NCBI GenBank assembly: GCA_041662585.1
Contig: JBAZSG010000004.1
Span: 18,173 to 82,172, forward strand
DNA length: 64,000 nt
Direction of reading: 5' to 3'
Source: Patescibacteria group bacterium
Lineage (GTDB): Bacteria; Patescibacteriota; Patescibacteriia; UBA1558; GWA2-36-10
This document shows, piece by piece, positions 36,395-46,728 of the stretch. The translations under genes were made by a program, and so were the position numbers. Below the pieces are notes generated by a model. The model had not been told where the DNA came from, did no database searches, and was given only the letters and a program-made list of their open reading frames with translations. Positions within the stretch are counted from its first letter, which is position 1. Every line of letters starts with the position of its first letter.

Positions 36395-38596
36395 TTATAT
36401 TTTTTTTGAGAAATCACACTCTTCACATTTGATAGTAGTTTTATTGGCTTGATAAAGCAGTTTGCTACAATCAGGACATTTTTCACCAGTAGGTTTGCCC
36501 CAGAGCAAGTGTTCACATTTTGGATAATTGTTACAACCATAAAATATCTTTCCTCTCTTACTACGTTTGGTGACCATTTCTCCTTCCTTACACAAGCCAC
36601 ATTTTACACCGGTACCACTATCTTTGGATTTGGTAGTTTTGCATTTTGGATAATCAGAACAAGCAATAAATTTTCCAAAGCGTCCAGTCTTGACTATCAT
36701 ATCTTTACCACAAGTAGGACAAGGTTCGTCAATTTTTTCTCTTTCTTCTGGTTTACCATCATCACCAATTGGTTTGGTATTTTTACAATCAGGATAGTTT
36801 GAACAAGCCAAAAATTTTCCAAAGCGTCCAAGTTTGATTACCATTGGACTATCACATTTATCACAAACTTCTTCAGTGGCAGTTTCAGTGATTTCTTTTT
36901 TGTCTAATTCTTTTTCTTTTTCCATTAGATTTTTTTCAAAAGGTTTATAAAAAGCACTTATAATAGGTTGCCATTCTTTTTTACCTTCAGCTATTTCATC
37001 CAAGTCATTTTCCATTTGAGCGGTGAAGTCATAAGATACTATATCATTAAAATGTTCCATCAACAATTTGTTTACTATCTCACCAATTTCAGTTGGTGCC
37101 AAACGTTTTTCTTCTTTGGTGACATATTGTCTATCTATTATAGTAGCAATCGTAGGAGCATAAGTAGATGGACGGCCGATTCCCAGTGCTTCCATAGCTT
37201 TGACTAGTCCGGCTTCTGAATACCTGGCTGGAGGAGTAGTAAAGTGTTGTATAGCCTCTAAGGTGTCTAAATTTAATATATCATCTTTGGCTATAGCTGG
37301 GAGCTCATTTTCATCATCGTTGTTTTGATAAATGGCTTTCCAACCAGCAAATTTGGTGACAGTGCCCAGTGCTTTTAAAATCCAATTAGTACCTTTAGCG
37401 TCAATAGCTACAGTAGTAGTTTCGGTCACAGCTTCAGACATTTGAGAAGCTACAGCTCTTTGCCAAATGAGCGTATATATTTTAAATTGTTTGGGATCTA
37501 GATAAGTTTTGATAGACTCAGGGTCATAGCTCACTTCAGTTGGCCTGATAGCTTCGTGAGCTTCTTGAGTAAACTTGGCTTTCTTTTTGAAAACACGACC
37601 ACCAGTTTGCATATATTCTTTGCCCAGTTTTTCATTTATATAATTTTCTGTAGCTTTTACAAAACTATCAGACAGATTTAGAGAGTCAGTTCTCATATAG
37701 GTAATCAAACCGTGACTACCTTTTGAGCCAAGTTTGATACCTTCATATAGCTGTTGAGCTAGCATCATGGTTTGTTTGGCGCTATAGCCAAAACGACGGT
37801 TAGCATCTTGTTGAAGAGTGGAAGTAGTAAATGGAGCTAGAGGAGCTTTTTTGTGCTCGGTAGCATTTACCTCACTTACTACTAGCTTGCTGGCTTTTAT
37901 ATCTTCTAGAGCTTGCTTGGCTTTTGCTTCATCAATATCAAATTTTTTGAGTACATTATCTTTTTCTTTGTGCAAAGAGATATCAAATTTTGGAGAATTA
38001 TCTTTACTAGCCTGTCCCTCAACCGTCCAATATTCTTCAGTCTTAAATTTTCGGCGTTCTTCTTCACGCTCTACTATCAATCTGACAGCTACAGATTGTA
38101 CGCGTCCAGCAGATAGCCCACGAGTGACTTTTTTCCATAAGAGTGGGGATAGTTTATAGCCGACTAGTCTATCCAATATTCTACGAGCTTGTTGAGCATG
38201 AAAAAGATTGATATCCAAATTTCTAGGATTATCAAGTGCTTCCATTATAGCTGTCTTAGTGATTTCATGAAAAGCAATTCTTTTTTGTTTGGCTTTATCT
38301 ACATTTAATAGTTGTTGGAGATGCCAAGAAATAGCCTCTCCTTCACGATCTTCATCAGTTGCAAAATAGACCATCTCAGCATCTTTGGCCAATTTTTTTA
38401 GTTTAGTGACTTGTTTTTTGGCTTTAAGAGGTACAGTATAGGTTGGTTCAAAATTACTTTCTGTATCAACTCCTAGTTTACTTTTTGGTAAATCTCGGAC
38501 ATGTCCAAAAGAAGACTCCACGACATATTCTTTGCCGAGGAAACCTTTGATGGTTTTTGCTTTGGTAGGAGACTCAACTATTACTAATTTGGACAT
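36395..38596 (-). CDS. topA: DNA topoisomerase I with C-terminal zinc ribbons
   Basis: TOPRIM start MSKLVIVESPTKAKTI, active-site region, multiple CxxC...CxxC ribbons. Confidence 0.9.
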   Translation of the reverse strand: MSKLVIVESPTKAKTIKGFLGKEYVVESSFGHVRDLPKSKLGVDTESNFEPTYTVPLKAKKQVTKLKKLAKDAEMVYFATDEDREGEAISWHLQQLLNVDKAKQKRIAFHEITKTAIMEALDNPRNLDINLFHAQQARRILDRLVGYKLSPLLWKKVTRGLSAGRVQSVAVRLIVEREEERRKFKTEEYWTVEGQASKDNSPKFDISLHKEKDNVLKKFDIDEAKAKQALEDIKASKLVVSEVNATEHKKAPLAPFTTSTLQQDANRRFGYSAKQTMMLAQQLYEGIKLGSKGSHGLITYMRTDSLNLSDSFVKATENYINEKLGKEYMQTGGRVFKKKAKFTQEAHEAIRPTEVSYDPESIKTYLDPKQFKIYTLIWQRAVASQMSEAVTETTTVAIDAKGTNWILKALGTVTKFAGWKAIYQNNDDENELPAIAKDDILNLDTLEAIQHFTTPPARYSEAGLVKAMEALGIGRPSTYAPTIATIIDRQYVTKEEKRLAPTEIGEIVNKLLMEHFNDIVSYDFTAQMENDLDEIAEGKKEWQPIISAFYKPFEKNLMEKEKELDKKEITETATEEVCDKCDSPMVIKLGRFGKFLACSNYPDCKNTKPIGDDGKPEEREKIDEPCPTCGKDMIVKTGRFGKFIACSDYPKCKTTKSKDSGTGVKCGLCKEGEMVTKRSKRGKIFYGCNNYPKCEHLLWGKPTGEKCPDCSKLLYQANKTTIKCEECDFSKKI

Positions 38597-38643
38597 AAAA
38601 TGTAGTTTTAATTTTTACAATAGTTTGGACTATAAAAGAAAAG

Positions 38644-39990
38644 TTATTTATTGTCAAGTTTGAGGTTTTTTAAGATGTATTCTTCGGATATCCATTTTTT
38701 CCTCAGTTCACCGGCCAAAAAGAAAGATCCAGTCACTACAATCAAATCATCTTTTTCCCGCGAACGGGATCCCGCTTTGCGGTGATTGACTAATTTTAGG
38801 GCAGAATCTAGAGCTTGATGAGGATCATTGAATACAGAAATACTTAGTTTGGGACGGAGTTTTTGGCTAGTTTTATATAGTTTTTTTAGCTCAGCCGATT
38901 TTCTGACATTGATAGTAAATCTGGTAATATATAGATAGTCACTAAGTTTTAGCAATTTTTTGAGGGGAGCTCTATAATCTTTATTTTCAGCAAAAGCCAA
39001 TATAAGGTGTAATTTTTTATATTGCTGTTGTTTTACAAAAGCTATTAGATTGTCTAGTTTATCATTATTATGAGCTCCATCTAGTATCACGAAGGGTTTT
39101 TTGGAGATTGTTTCTTGCCGACAAATAAGCCCAAAATTGGAAATGACTTTTTGAGTATTGCGAGGTTTTATTTTTAAAATATCCAAAATATTTAATACCA
39201 AGTTTAGATTATCTTTTTGTCTGGCAGTAGAAAAATAATTATTGGTATCATAGTTGACTGCTAGATTTTGATTTTTGATAAACCAAGCTTGTTTATTTTT
39301 ACAAGTAGTTTTAAATATTTGTAATAATTTTTTATTACGCTCTGTGGTCAAAAACAAACTATTCTTTTTTATAATGCCAGCTTTATTTTTGGCTATCAAT
39401 GTTTTTGTTTTACCCAAAATATGAGTATGGTCTAAACCAATATTGGTAATAGCTGTTATTTTTGGATTGGCTATGACATTGGTGGCATCATGAAGACCAC
39501 CGAGTCCAGCTTCTAGTACCACCCAATCACATTTTTGTTCTTTGAAATATAGTAGAGCTATTATCAGCCACACTTCAAAATATGATATGGAGTCAGAAAA
39601 TTTTAAAACATACTTATCTAGCGTTGGCTTTATTTGGTATTCCAAAATATTATGTAAGTCATGAGGAGATATTAATTTATTATTAATACTTATGCGTTCA
39701 ATACTGGTACTAGCAAAGGGAGAGGTAAAAGAGCCAGTTTTTAAATGGGCATTGGCTAGCAAAGATTCTAACAGTTTTACAGTAGAGCCCTTACCACTAG
39801 TACCAGCAATATGGATAAATTTGAGATTGTCTTGAGGATTATTTAGTAAATTCAAAAATCTTTTTATACGAGTTATAAAAATTTGTTTATCACTAGGGCC
39901 AAGCATATAAGTAGTTTTAGGAATATTGGCTATACCTTCCAAAAACTCTATATCTTTTTGGTATGTTTCAAACATTTTATTTTTCTTCAT
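38644..39990 (-). CDS. folC: Folylpolyglutamate synthase/dihydrofolate synthase (Mur-ligase family)
   Basis: P-loop IAGTSGKGST; Mur ligase middle/C domains. Confidence 0.8.
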   Translation of the reverse strand: MKKNKMFETYQKDIEFLEGIANIPKTTYMLGPSDKQIFITRIKRFLNLLNNPQDNLKFIHIAGTSGKGSTVKLLESLLANAHLKTGSFTSPFASTSIERISINNKLISPHDLHNILEYQIKPTLDKYVLKFSDSISYFEVWLIIALLYFKEQKCDWVVLEAGLGGLHDATNVIANPKITAITNIGLDHTHILGKTKTLIAKNKAGIIKKNSLFLTTERNKKLLQIFKTTCKNKQAWFIKNQNLAVNYDTNNYFSTARQKDNLNLVLNILDILKIKPRNTQKVISNFGLICRQETISKKPFVILDGAHNNDKLDNLIAFVKQQQYKKLHLILAFAENKDYRAPLKKLLKLSDYLYITRFTINVRKSAELKKLYKTSQKLRPKLSISVFNDPHQALDSALKLVNHRKAGSRSREKDDLIVVTGSFFLAGELRKKWISEEYILKNLKLDNK

Positions 39991-40651
39991 TAGTAGGTTC
40001 TATTTTAGGTTTAAGAGCTAGCCACTTGACTCCTAAATATACCAGTGGAGTATCAGCTAGGGCCAAAATTATTTTTAAAATGTAATAAGGTATTATCAAT
40101 TGCCAGATAAAGCCAGCATCAAATTTTGGAGAGATATGATAAAAAGCTATAAACATAAATAGTACCGTATCAATAAATTGGCTGACCATAGTAGAAAGAT
40201 TATTTCTGAGCCAAAGCATTTTGCCATTGGTTTTTTTCTTCCAATATTCAAAGGCCCAGATATCATGAAATTGACTCAAAATAAAAGCAATGATAGAGGC
40301 CAAGAAAATACGAGAGCTATTGTTAAAAATAGTGACAAAGGCTGGATTGGTTTGGGCAAAGCGATCAGCTGGAGTAGCCATAATACTTAGTTGTATAAAT
40401 AAATAACTAAATATCAAAGCAATAACTGTAGACCAGATAAGATTATTTACAAATTTTTTACCTTTTACTTCAGCTAGGATGTCAGTGATTAAAAAAGATA
40501 TTGGCACTAGCCAAATACCCACAGAAGTTGCTACCGGACCTATGTTTACAATTTTTACTCCAACTATATTAGCTAATATCATGGAGGTGACAAAAAGTAT
40601 TTGCAGTAGCAATATTTTGTTGTCTTGTTCTATATTAAATATATTTTTCAT
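39977..40651 (-). CDS. YhhQ/DUF165-family queuosine-precursor (preQ) transporter-like membrane protein
   Basis: 224 aa polytopic protein; family resemblance only. Confidence 0.5.
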   Translation of the reverse strand: MKNIFNIEQDNKILLLQILFVTSMILANIVGVKIVNIGPVATSVGIWLVPISFLITDILAEVKGKKFVNNLIWSTVIALIFSYLFIQLSIMATPADRFAQTNPAFVTIFNNSSRIFLASIIAFILSQFHDIWAFEYWKKKTNGKMLWLRNNLSTMVSQFIDTVLFMFIAFYHISPKFDAGFIWQLIIPYYILKIILALADTPLVYLGVKWLALKPKIEPTNEEK

Positions 40652-41727
40652 ATTATTTCTAGTTGATTTAAATTGTTAAGTTTTATCAGACCCCTTATTT
40701 CCATTTCGGAGATTAGGGAGCTTGTATCAGCTATGGATACGCCCAATAAATTGGTCAGTTCAACTAGCTTCATAGGTTCTGTCTGTAGTGTAGAGTATAT
40801 TTTAGCATGGTATTTATTTTTAAATAATGTTTTAGATATTTTTAAGTCTTTGTTTAGGTTGTATATTTTGAAAATATCTTCAGCGCAGTCAATAATTGCA
40901 GCTCCTTGTTTTATCAGTTTGTTTGGACCCTGACTCAATCTTAGATTGATATTGCCAGGTAGTGCCAATACCTCGCGTCCTTCATCTATAGCCACCTGCG
41001 CAGTTATCAGTGTACCAGATTTTTGAGCCCCTGATATGACTACAGTTGCTTTGGATAGTCCGGCTAATATTCTATTTCTTTTGGGAAAATGATAGAGCTG
41101 TGTTTTGGTATTAGAGCTTTGCTCGGAAATAAGCAATCCTCCTTTAGCTATTATTTCTTGAGCCAGTTTTATATTTTCATGAGGATACAATACATATTTA
41201 TTTAAGCCAGATCCTAGTACAGCTATAGTAGCTAGATTGTGGTCTAGAGCTAGACGATGACTAAAAGTGTCTATCCCGACAGCCAAACCACTGACAATCA
41301 CTAGTGGTGTATCACACAAATCTTTAAATATATTTTTCAAAACATGACGATGATAGTCAGTGGTAGTGCGTGAGCCTACAATAGTGACTAGATTTGGACT
41401 TTTTAAAAGATCAACATTGCCTTGGTAGAACAAAAATAGAGGTGGATCATAAATATTTTTCAAATTTTGAGGATAAGCTGAGTCTAGTATGCTAATATAC
41501 TTTTCATCCAAGTTCCTAAAATATTCTTTTGTTTGAGATAAAAAGTTTTTATCTTGGAGAATATGATTTAGTTTGTCTCCTAGTATTTTAGGATTGGCTA
41601 GAAGTATTTTGTACAATTCTTTGGGACTAGGAAATTTTTCCAATAATTTTAATATATTTTTAGAGCCTAGACCTTGAATTTTAGAAAATAGAAATAAATA
41701 ATAATTATTTTCAAAATCGCTTTTCAT
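40648..41727 (-). CDS. dprA: DNA processing protein DprA/Smf
   Basis: Rossmann core IVGSRTTT...VSGLAVGIDT...VLGSGL; N-terminal SAM-like and C-terminal wHTH extensions. Confidence 0.85.
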   Translation of the reverse strand: MKSDFENNYYLFLFSKIQGLGSKNILKLLEKFPSPKELYKILLANPKILGDKLNHILQDKNFLSQTKEYFRNLDEKYISILDSAYPQNLKNIYDPPLFLFYQGNVDLLKSPNLVTIVGSRTTTDYHRHVLKNIFKDLCDTPLVIVSGLAVGIDTFSHRLALDHNLATIAVLGSGLNKYVLYPHENIKLAQEIIAKGGLLISEQSSNTKTQLYHFPKRNRILAGLSKATVVISGAQKSGTLITAQVAIDEGREVLALPGNINLRLSQGPNKLIKQGAAIIDCAEDIFKIYNLNKDLKISKTLFKNKYHAKIYSTLQTEPMKLVELTNLLGVSIADTSSLISEMEIRGLIKLNNLNQLEII

Positions 41728-41888
41728 CCTGTTTATAAATTAATATTTAACAGGGGGCTCATAGATTGTCTTGTTCAGCTGACCATTATGATAATATATG
41801 TTTTAGATTTTGTAAAATTGACCCACTTTACTTTCTAAAAATTAATTGTTATTATTTAAGTATTAAAAATAAATAATAATTTTACCTT

Positions 41889-42419
41889 ATGCCTATAAAA
41901 AAAATAAATCCTACGACTAAAGTTAGGAAAAGTACTAGCGAAGCCACAGAAAAAGAAGCAGATACTTTGATGGAATTTGAGCAATTTGTGTCTCATAAAC
42001 CAAAAAACAGCCGAAGTAAATCTTGGCTCGCTTTGACACTTATTATCATTATCTTTTTGTTGGCAGCTCTTTGGTTGTTTATGTCCAGAGTATCTAGCTT
42101 TGAAAAAGATAACAAGTTTAAAGCTATTTATCTAGAAAATGGTCAGACATACTATGCCAAGATAGTCAAAGAAGACGCTTTAAATATTTATTTAGATGAA
42201 GTTTATTATATACAAATGGAACAACAAACCATTTCAGCCGAAGAAGAGGGAGCTGAAGCGCAAGTTATAGAAGTCCCAGTACTTATCAAAAGAGGTCAAG
42301 AATTGACTCGTCCAGAAGGAGCTATACAAATAAACAGAAGCAAATTGGTGGCCACGGAAGATATTGGCGCAGATTCTCAAATACTCATAGAAATCAATAG
42401 ACTAAATCAAGCTCAATAA
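41889..42419 (+). CDS. Hypothetical single-TM protein
   Basis: 176 aa, one TM helix. Confidence 0.4.
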   Translation: MPIKKINPTTKVRKSTSEATEKEADTLMEFEQFVSHKPKNSRSKSWLALTLIIIIFLLAALWLFMSRVSSFEKDNKFKAIYLENGQTYYAKIVKEDALNIYLDEVYYIQMEQQTISAEEEGAEAQVIEVPVLIKRGQELTRPEGAIQINRSKLVATEDIGADSQILIEINRLNQAQ

Positions 42420-42433
42420 TTTTACGCGTAAGT

Positions 42434-42462
42434 CAAAACCACTCGCAAGAGTGGTTTTTTTG
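42434..42462 (+). terminator. Rho-independent terminator (AAACCACTC-GCAA-GAGTGGTTT + T-run)
   Basis: Seen directly. Confidence 0.75.
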
Positions 42463-42553
42463 TTTATAATCTAAGCTTGTAGGTTATACCAACCTGCGAT
42501 CAAGTCTTGATACAACCATATAGTAATTAGGATTACTTTACACTTCTTACTTT

Positions 42554-42817
42554 ATGCTTTATAATATAGCTACCTTTATGGAAAAGAGGATTAAAGATAG
42601 TGGATTTATCAAAATTGGAGAACTAGCCAAGCTGTTTTCTGTTTTGCCGTCCACTATAAATTTTTATACTCGCGAAGGATTACTCAAAGAAGCTAGACGC
42701 TCACAAGGTGGCTATCGTCTTTATGATCCTAGTAAAGCAATGCAGGTATTAAAAAAAATAGCCGAACTCCAAAACAAAAAACGATACACCATAGAGGAAA
42801 TCAAGAAGTTGTTATAA
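42554..42817 (+). CDS. Small MerR-family HTH regulator
   Basis: IKIGELAKLFSVLPSTINFYTREGLL...GYRLYD. Confidence 0.6.
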   Translation: MLYNIATFMEKRIKDSGFIKIGELAKLFSVLPSTINFYTREGLLKEARRSQGGYRLYDPSKAMQVLKKIAELQNKKRYTIEEIKKLL

Positions 42818-43079
42818 ACCTCTTAGGCCTTTTTTCATGCTTAAAGGCCTAAGAGTTTATATATATTTATTAATAAAATAAAAATGAAAAAAAGATTGGA
42901 CAAAGTATTTAGTACGCCAACTAGTAAACAAGTCAAGGTATATCGAGCCAAATGTTGCAAAAAACACAAGAAAAGTTTTTGGCAAACTCTGTATTCTTTG
43001 TTTTTCTAGTAATGTTGTCAAAATTGGTGTTTTCGGTTAAAATAACAACTCTATTAGCTCACTAGATTAAAATTAAAAT

Positions 43080-46028
43080 ATGGTAGATTTTAAGGCAAAA
43101 GAAAAAGAAATATTGGATTTTTGGGATAAGCAGGAAATTTTTCAAAAATCTGTAGATAGAGAAACTCTTCATGGGGATTATGTTTTTTATGATGGGCCGC
43201 CTTTTGCTACTGGTTTGCCACATTATGGACATATTTTATCGTCAGTTATAAAGGATGTAGTGCCTCGTTATTGGACTATGAAAGGTTATCGTGTCAGAAG
43301 AAGATGGGGATGGGATTGTCACGGATTACCTATTGAAAATTTAGTGGAGCAGAAATTAAATATCTCTGGCAAAAAGCAGATTGAGGAATATGGAGTAGAT
43401 AAATTTAACGAAACTTGTAGTAGTGAAGTTTTAAGATATACAGAACAGTGGAAAGACATGGTCCATCGTATTGGGCGCTGGATTGAGTTTGATAATTCTT
43501 ATAAAACCATGGATTCTACTTATATGGAGTCAGTTTGGTGGGCCCTTAAGAAAATTTGGGATAAGGGATATATCTATGAGGGTAAAAAAGTTCTTTTGTA
43601 TTGTCCTCGTTGTGAAACTCCAGTATCTAAATTTGAAGTGGCCATGGATAATAGTTATAAAGATGTTACCGACACTACCGTTATTGTAAAATTCAAATTA
43701 AAAGTAGGACAGAAAATTAATGGTCAAACCATAGATGATAATACTTATGTTTTGGCTTGGACTACTACTCCTTGGACTTTGCCTGGTAATGTGGCTTTGG
43801 CGGTTAATTCAGATATAGACTATATTAAGTTAGTTGATTCTGAAAAAAAGGAAAAATATTGGGTGGCCGAAAAATTAGCTAATAATTTTTTAGATGAAGG
43901 AAGTAAATATAATGTTTTGATTGAGCCCACTTCTGTTAATAAGGGTAAAAATTTGGTTGGTTTAGAATACGAACCCTTATATGAAATACCAGCTGTAAAA
44001 AATAGTGGCAAAAAATCTCATTATATTGCCGAAGCTGATTTTGTCACGATCGAAGAAGGAACTGGTATAGTACATACGGCTGTTATCTATGGTGAAGATG
44101 ACTTTAATTTGGGGTTAAAGATTGATTTGCCGATGGTGCCGCTTTTAGATAGTAAAGGAATTTTTAATAACGAAGTCCCACAGTTTATCAGAAGCCTTAA
44201 ATTTAAAGAATCAGAGCCAAAAATAATAGAAGATTTAAAAAAACGTGATTTATTGTTTAAAGAGGAAGATTATACTCATGCTTATCCTCATTGCTGGCGT
44301 TGTGAGAATGCATTATTTTATAATGCTATAGATGCTTGGTTTATTGATATCCAAAAAATAAAAAATCGTTTGGTAAAATTAAACGAAAAAATAAATTGGT
44401 TTCCTGAACATTTAAAATATGGCCGTTTTTTGAATAATATAGAAAGCGCACCCGATTGGAATATTTCACGCAATCGTTATTGGGCTAGTGCTTTACCGTT
44501 TTGGAAATGTACAGCAGATAATTGTGATAAAGTAGTTTGTATTGGTAGTGTAGAAGAATTAAAATCTAAGGCTTCAAATTTTTCGGACGTTTATCAGTCA
44601 GACAAGGTTGAAGATATGGATTTACACAAACATTTTATCGATAAAGTACAGCTTAAGTGTGAATGTGGTGGTGTTATGAACAGAGTTCCTGAGGTAATTG
44701 ATTGTTGGGTAGAATCATCCTCTATGCCTTTTGCCGAATTTCATTATCCTTTTGAAAACAGAGAAATTTTTGAAAAAAGATTTCCCGGACAATATATAGC
44801 AGAATACATTGCTCAGACTAGAACTTGGTTTTACTACATGCATGCCATGTCTACTTTACTATTTGATGATATTAGTTTTGAAAATGTTGTAACCACAGGG
44901 ACAATCTTGAATGAGTATGGTGTCAAAATGTCCAAATCCAAACGTAATTTTCCCGATCCATGGAAAGTTATAGATAGTTATGGAGTAGATAGTTTAAGAT
45001 TTTATCTAATGAGCTCGGTAGTTATGCAGGCTGAAAATTTAAATTTTAGCGAAGATGAGGTAAGACAAACATATAATAGACTTATCAATACGCTTGGCAA
45101 TGTATTAAATTTTTATCTTTTGTATCATGATCAAGCATTATTAAGTGATAAACTAGATAATTCTGATCCCATGGATTCATGGGTACTTAGTAAGATAAAT
45201 ATTTTAAATGACTATGTTACTAAAGAAATGGATAATTATAATACGGTAAAATCAACTAGAGCAATTTTAGATTTCGTACAAGAATTATCAACTTGGTATA
45301 TTAGAAGGAGTCGAGATAAATTTAAAAATGAACAAACTCGTCAAGAGGCAGTCAACGTACTTTATTATGTATTAACAAAACTATCAAAATTAATAGCTCC
45401 TTTTATACCTTTCATGGCTGAAAGTATTTGGCAAGCTTTAAATAATACAGATATAGAATCTGTGCACTTAGCTCATTGGCCACAAGTTGATAAAAAATTG
45501 ATTGATAAAAAAGTTTTGGAAAGCATGGATGCTATAAAACAACTTGCTGAACGTGCTCATGCTTTGAGAGCTAAATCTGGCATAAAAGTTAGACAACCTT
45601 TGGCCAATTTACAAATTACTAAGCCAGTAGATAAAAATTATCTGGAAATTTTACAGGATGAATTAAATGTAGAGAAAGTAGAAATAGTAAAAAAAATAAA
45701 TATTTCTGATAATTGGATTTTTGATGAAGAAAAAACTTTATCTTTAGATACCAATTTAACAGATGATTTGAAAGACAAAGGTGTAGTCAGAGAGCTTATC
45801 AGAGCTATCAATGCTATGAGAAAAGATGCTGGTCTCATGCCTAGCGACAGTCCAGTAGAGACATACAATACTAAGTCAGATTATTTAAAATCAGTAATAG
45901 CTAAATATAAAGATGAACTGGTAAGTGGTACTTCAGCTGGAGATTTGCTAGAAACAGATGAAGACCCGAAGATAAATAAAGAATTAAAAATAAGCAGCGA
46001 AGAAATTATTTTAGGATTAAAATTGTAA
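43080..46028 (+). CDS. ileS: Isoleucyl-tRNA synthetase
   Basis: HIGH (HYGHILSS) and KMSKS motifs; editing domain; Zn ribbon CPRCETPV. Confidence 0.95.
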   Translation: MVDFKAKEKEILDFWDKQEIFQKSVDRETLHGDYVFYDGPPFATGLPHYGHILSSVIKDVVPRYWTMKGYRVRRRWGWDCHGLPIENLVEQKLNISGKKQIEEYGVDKFNETCSSEVLRYTEQWKDMVHRIGRWIEFDNSYKTMDSTYMESVWWALKKIWDKGYIYEGKKVLLYCPRCETPVSKFEVAMDNSYKDVTDTTVIVKFKLKVGQKINGQTIDDNTYVLAWTTTPWTLPGNVALAVNSDIDYIKLVDSEKKEKYWVAEKLANNFLDEGSKYNVLIEPTSVNKGKNLVGLEYEPLYEIPAVKNSGKKSHYIAEADFVTIEEGTGIVHTAVIYGEDDFNLGLKIDLPMVPLLDSKGIFNNEVPQFIRSLKFKESEPKIIEDLKKRDLLFKEEDYTHAYPHCWRCENALFYNAIDAWFIDIQKIKNRLVKLNEKINWFPEHLKYGRFLNNIESAPDWNISRNRYWASALPFWKCTADNCDKVVCIGSVEELKSKASNFSDVYQSDKVEDMDLHKHFIDKVQLKCECGGVMNRVPEVIDCWVESSSMPFAEFHYPFENREIFEKRFPGQYIAEYIAQTRTWFYYMHAMSTLLFDDISFENVVTTGTILNEYGVKMSKSKRNFPDPWKVIDSYGVDSLRFYLMSSVVMQAENLNFSEDEVRQTYNRLINTLGNVLNFYLLYHDQALLSDKLDNSDPMDSWVLSKINILNDYVTKEMDNYNTVKSTRAILDFVQELSTWYIRRSRDKFKNEQTRQEAVNVLYYVLTKLSKLIAPFIPFMAESIWQALNNTDIESVHLAHWPQVDKKLIDKKVLESMDAIKQLAERAHALRAKSGIKVRQPLANLQITKPVDKNYLEILQDELNVEKVEIVKKINISDNWIFDEEKTLSLDTNLTDDLKDKGVVRELIRAINAMRKDAGLMPSDSPVETYNTKSDYLKSVIAKYKDELVSGTSAGDLLETDEDPKINKELKISSEEIILGLKL

Positions 46029-46029
46029 G

Positions 46030-46728
46030 ATGGCTTTTAAGACCGAAGCATTTGTACTGAGATCTAGACCTTTTGTAGAGGCTGATAGAATCTACGATCT
46101 TTTTACTCCTCAAGAAGGCGTGATATCTGTAGTGCTTCGCAGTGCAGCACGCTCACGAAGCAAATTGGCTGGACACTTGATGCCCTTTAATAAAGTAAAA
46201 GTAATGATCGGTCGTGGTAAGATGGATCATATGGCTGGCGCAGTTATATTGGAAAATTATGCTAATTTAAGAGCAGATTTAAAAAGTATGTCCCTAGCCT
46301 CTTCGGTGGTTGAGTTGTTTCTCAGTGACAAATCAATGGGACAAAAGTTTGTAGAATTTTCTTTGCTGGAACATATTTTTATCATTTTAAATCATCAAGG
46401 TATTGGTATGAATAAAAAAATGATGTTGGTCAGAGCTTTTCTTTGGAAATATTTATCTGTCGCTGGTTGGCAACCACATTTTCAACTAGGTAAAAATTCT
46501 TCAAATGATGGTATAATGTATATGGAGCATGATCATAGCAAAGCTATACCAATCAGCGGCGAGCTATTTGATTTTTTACAATTTATTATCAAAGCAGATT
46601 GGCCACAATTAATAAATCTATCTATTGATAGCAATCTCAATAAAGAGTGGCTAAAAATTTCAAAAATATATTATCAATCAATATTTGAGCAACCTTCTAA
46701 ATCTTTAAAACTATTTATCTATGGCTAA
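46030..46728 (+). CDS. recO: DNA repair protein RecO
   Basis: N-terminal OB-fold signature AFVLRSRPFVEADRI; typical length. Confidence 0.7.
   Translation: MAFKTEAFVLRSRPFVEADRIYDLFTPQEGVISVVLRSAARSRSKLAGHLMPFNKVKVMIGRGKMDHMAGAVILENYANLRADLKSMSLASSVVELFLSDKSMGQKFVEFSLLEHIFIILNHQGIGMNKKMMLVRAFLWKYLSVAGWQPHFQLGKNSSNDGIMYMEHDHSKAIPISGELFDFLQFIIKADWPQLINLSIDSNLNKEWLKISKIYYQSIFEQPSKSLKLFIYG

Noticed and set aside
42860-43079. T-box riboswitch or leader upstream of ileS (plus a 42-codon Lys/Cys-rich small ORF from 42884)
   Set aside because: No T-box consensus (AATTAGGGTGGNACCGCG-like) or specifier/antiterminator structure is visible. The region is AT-rich and unstructured. The small ORF lacks an RBS and conservation evidence.
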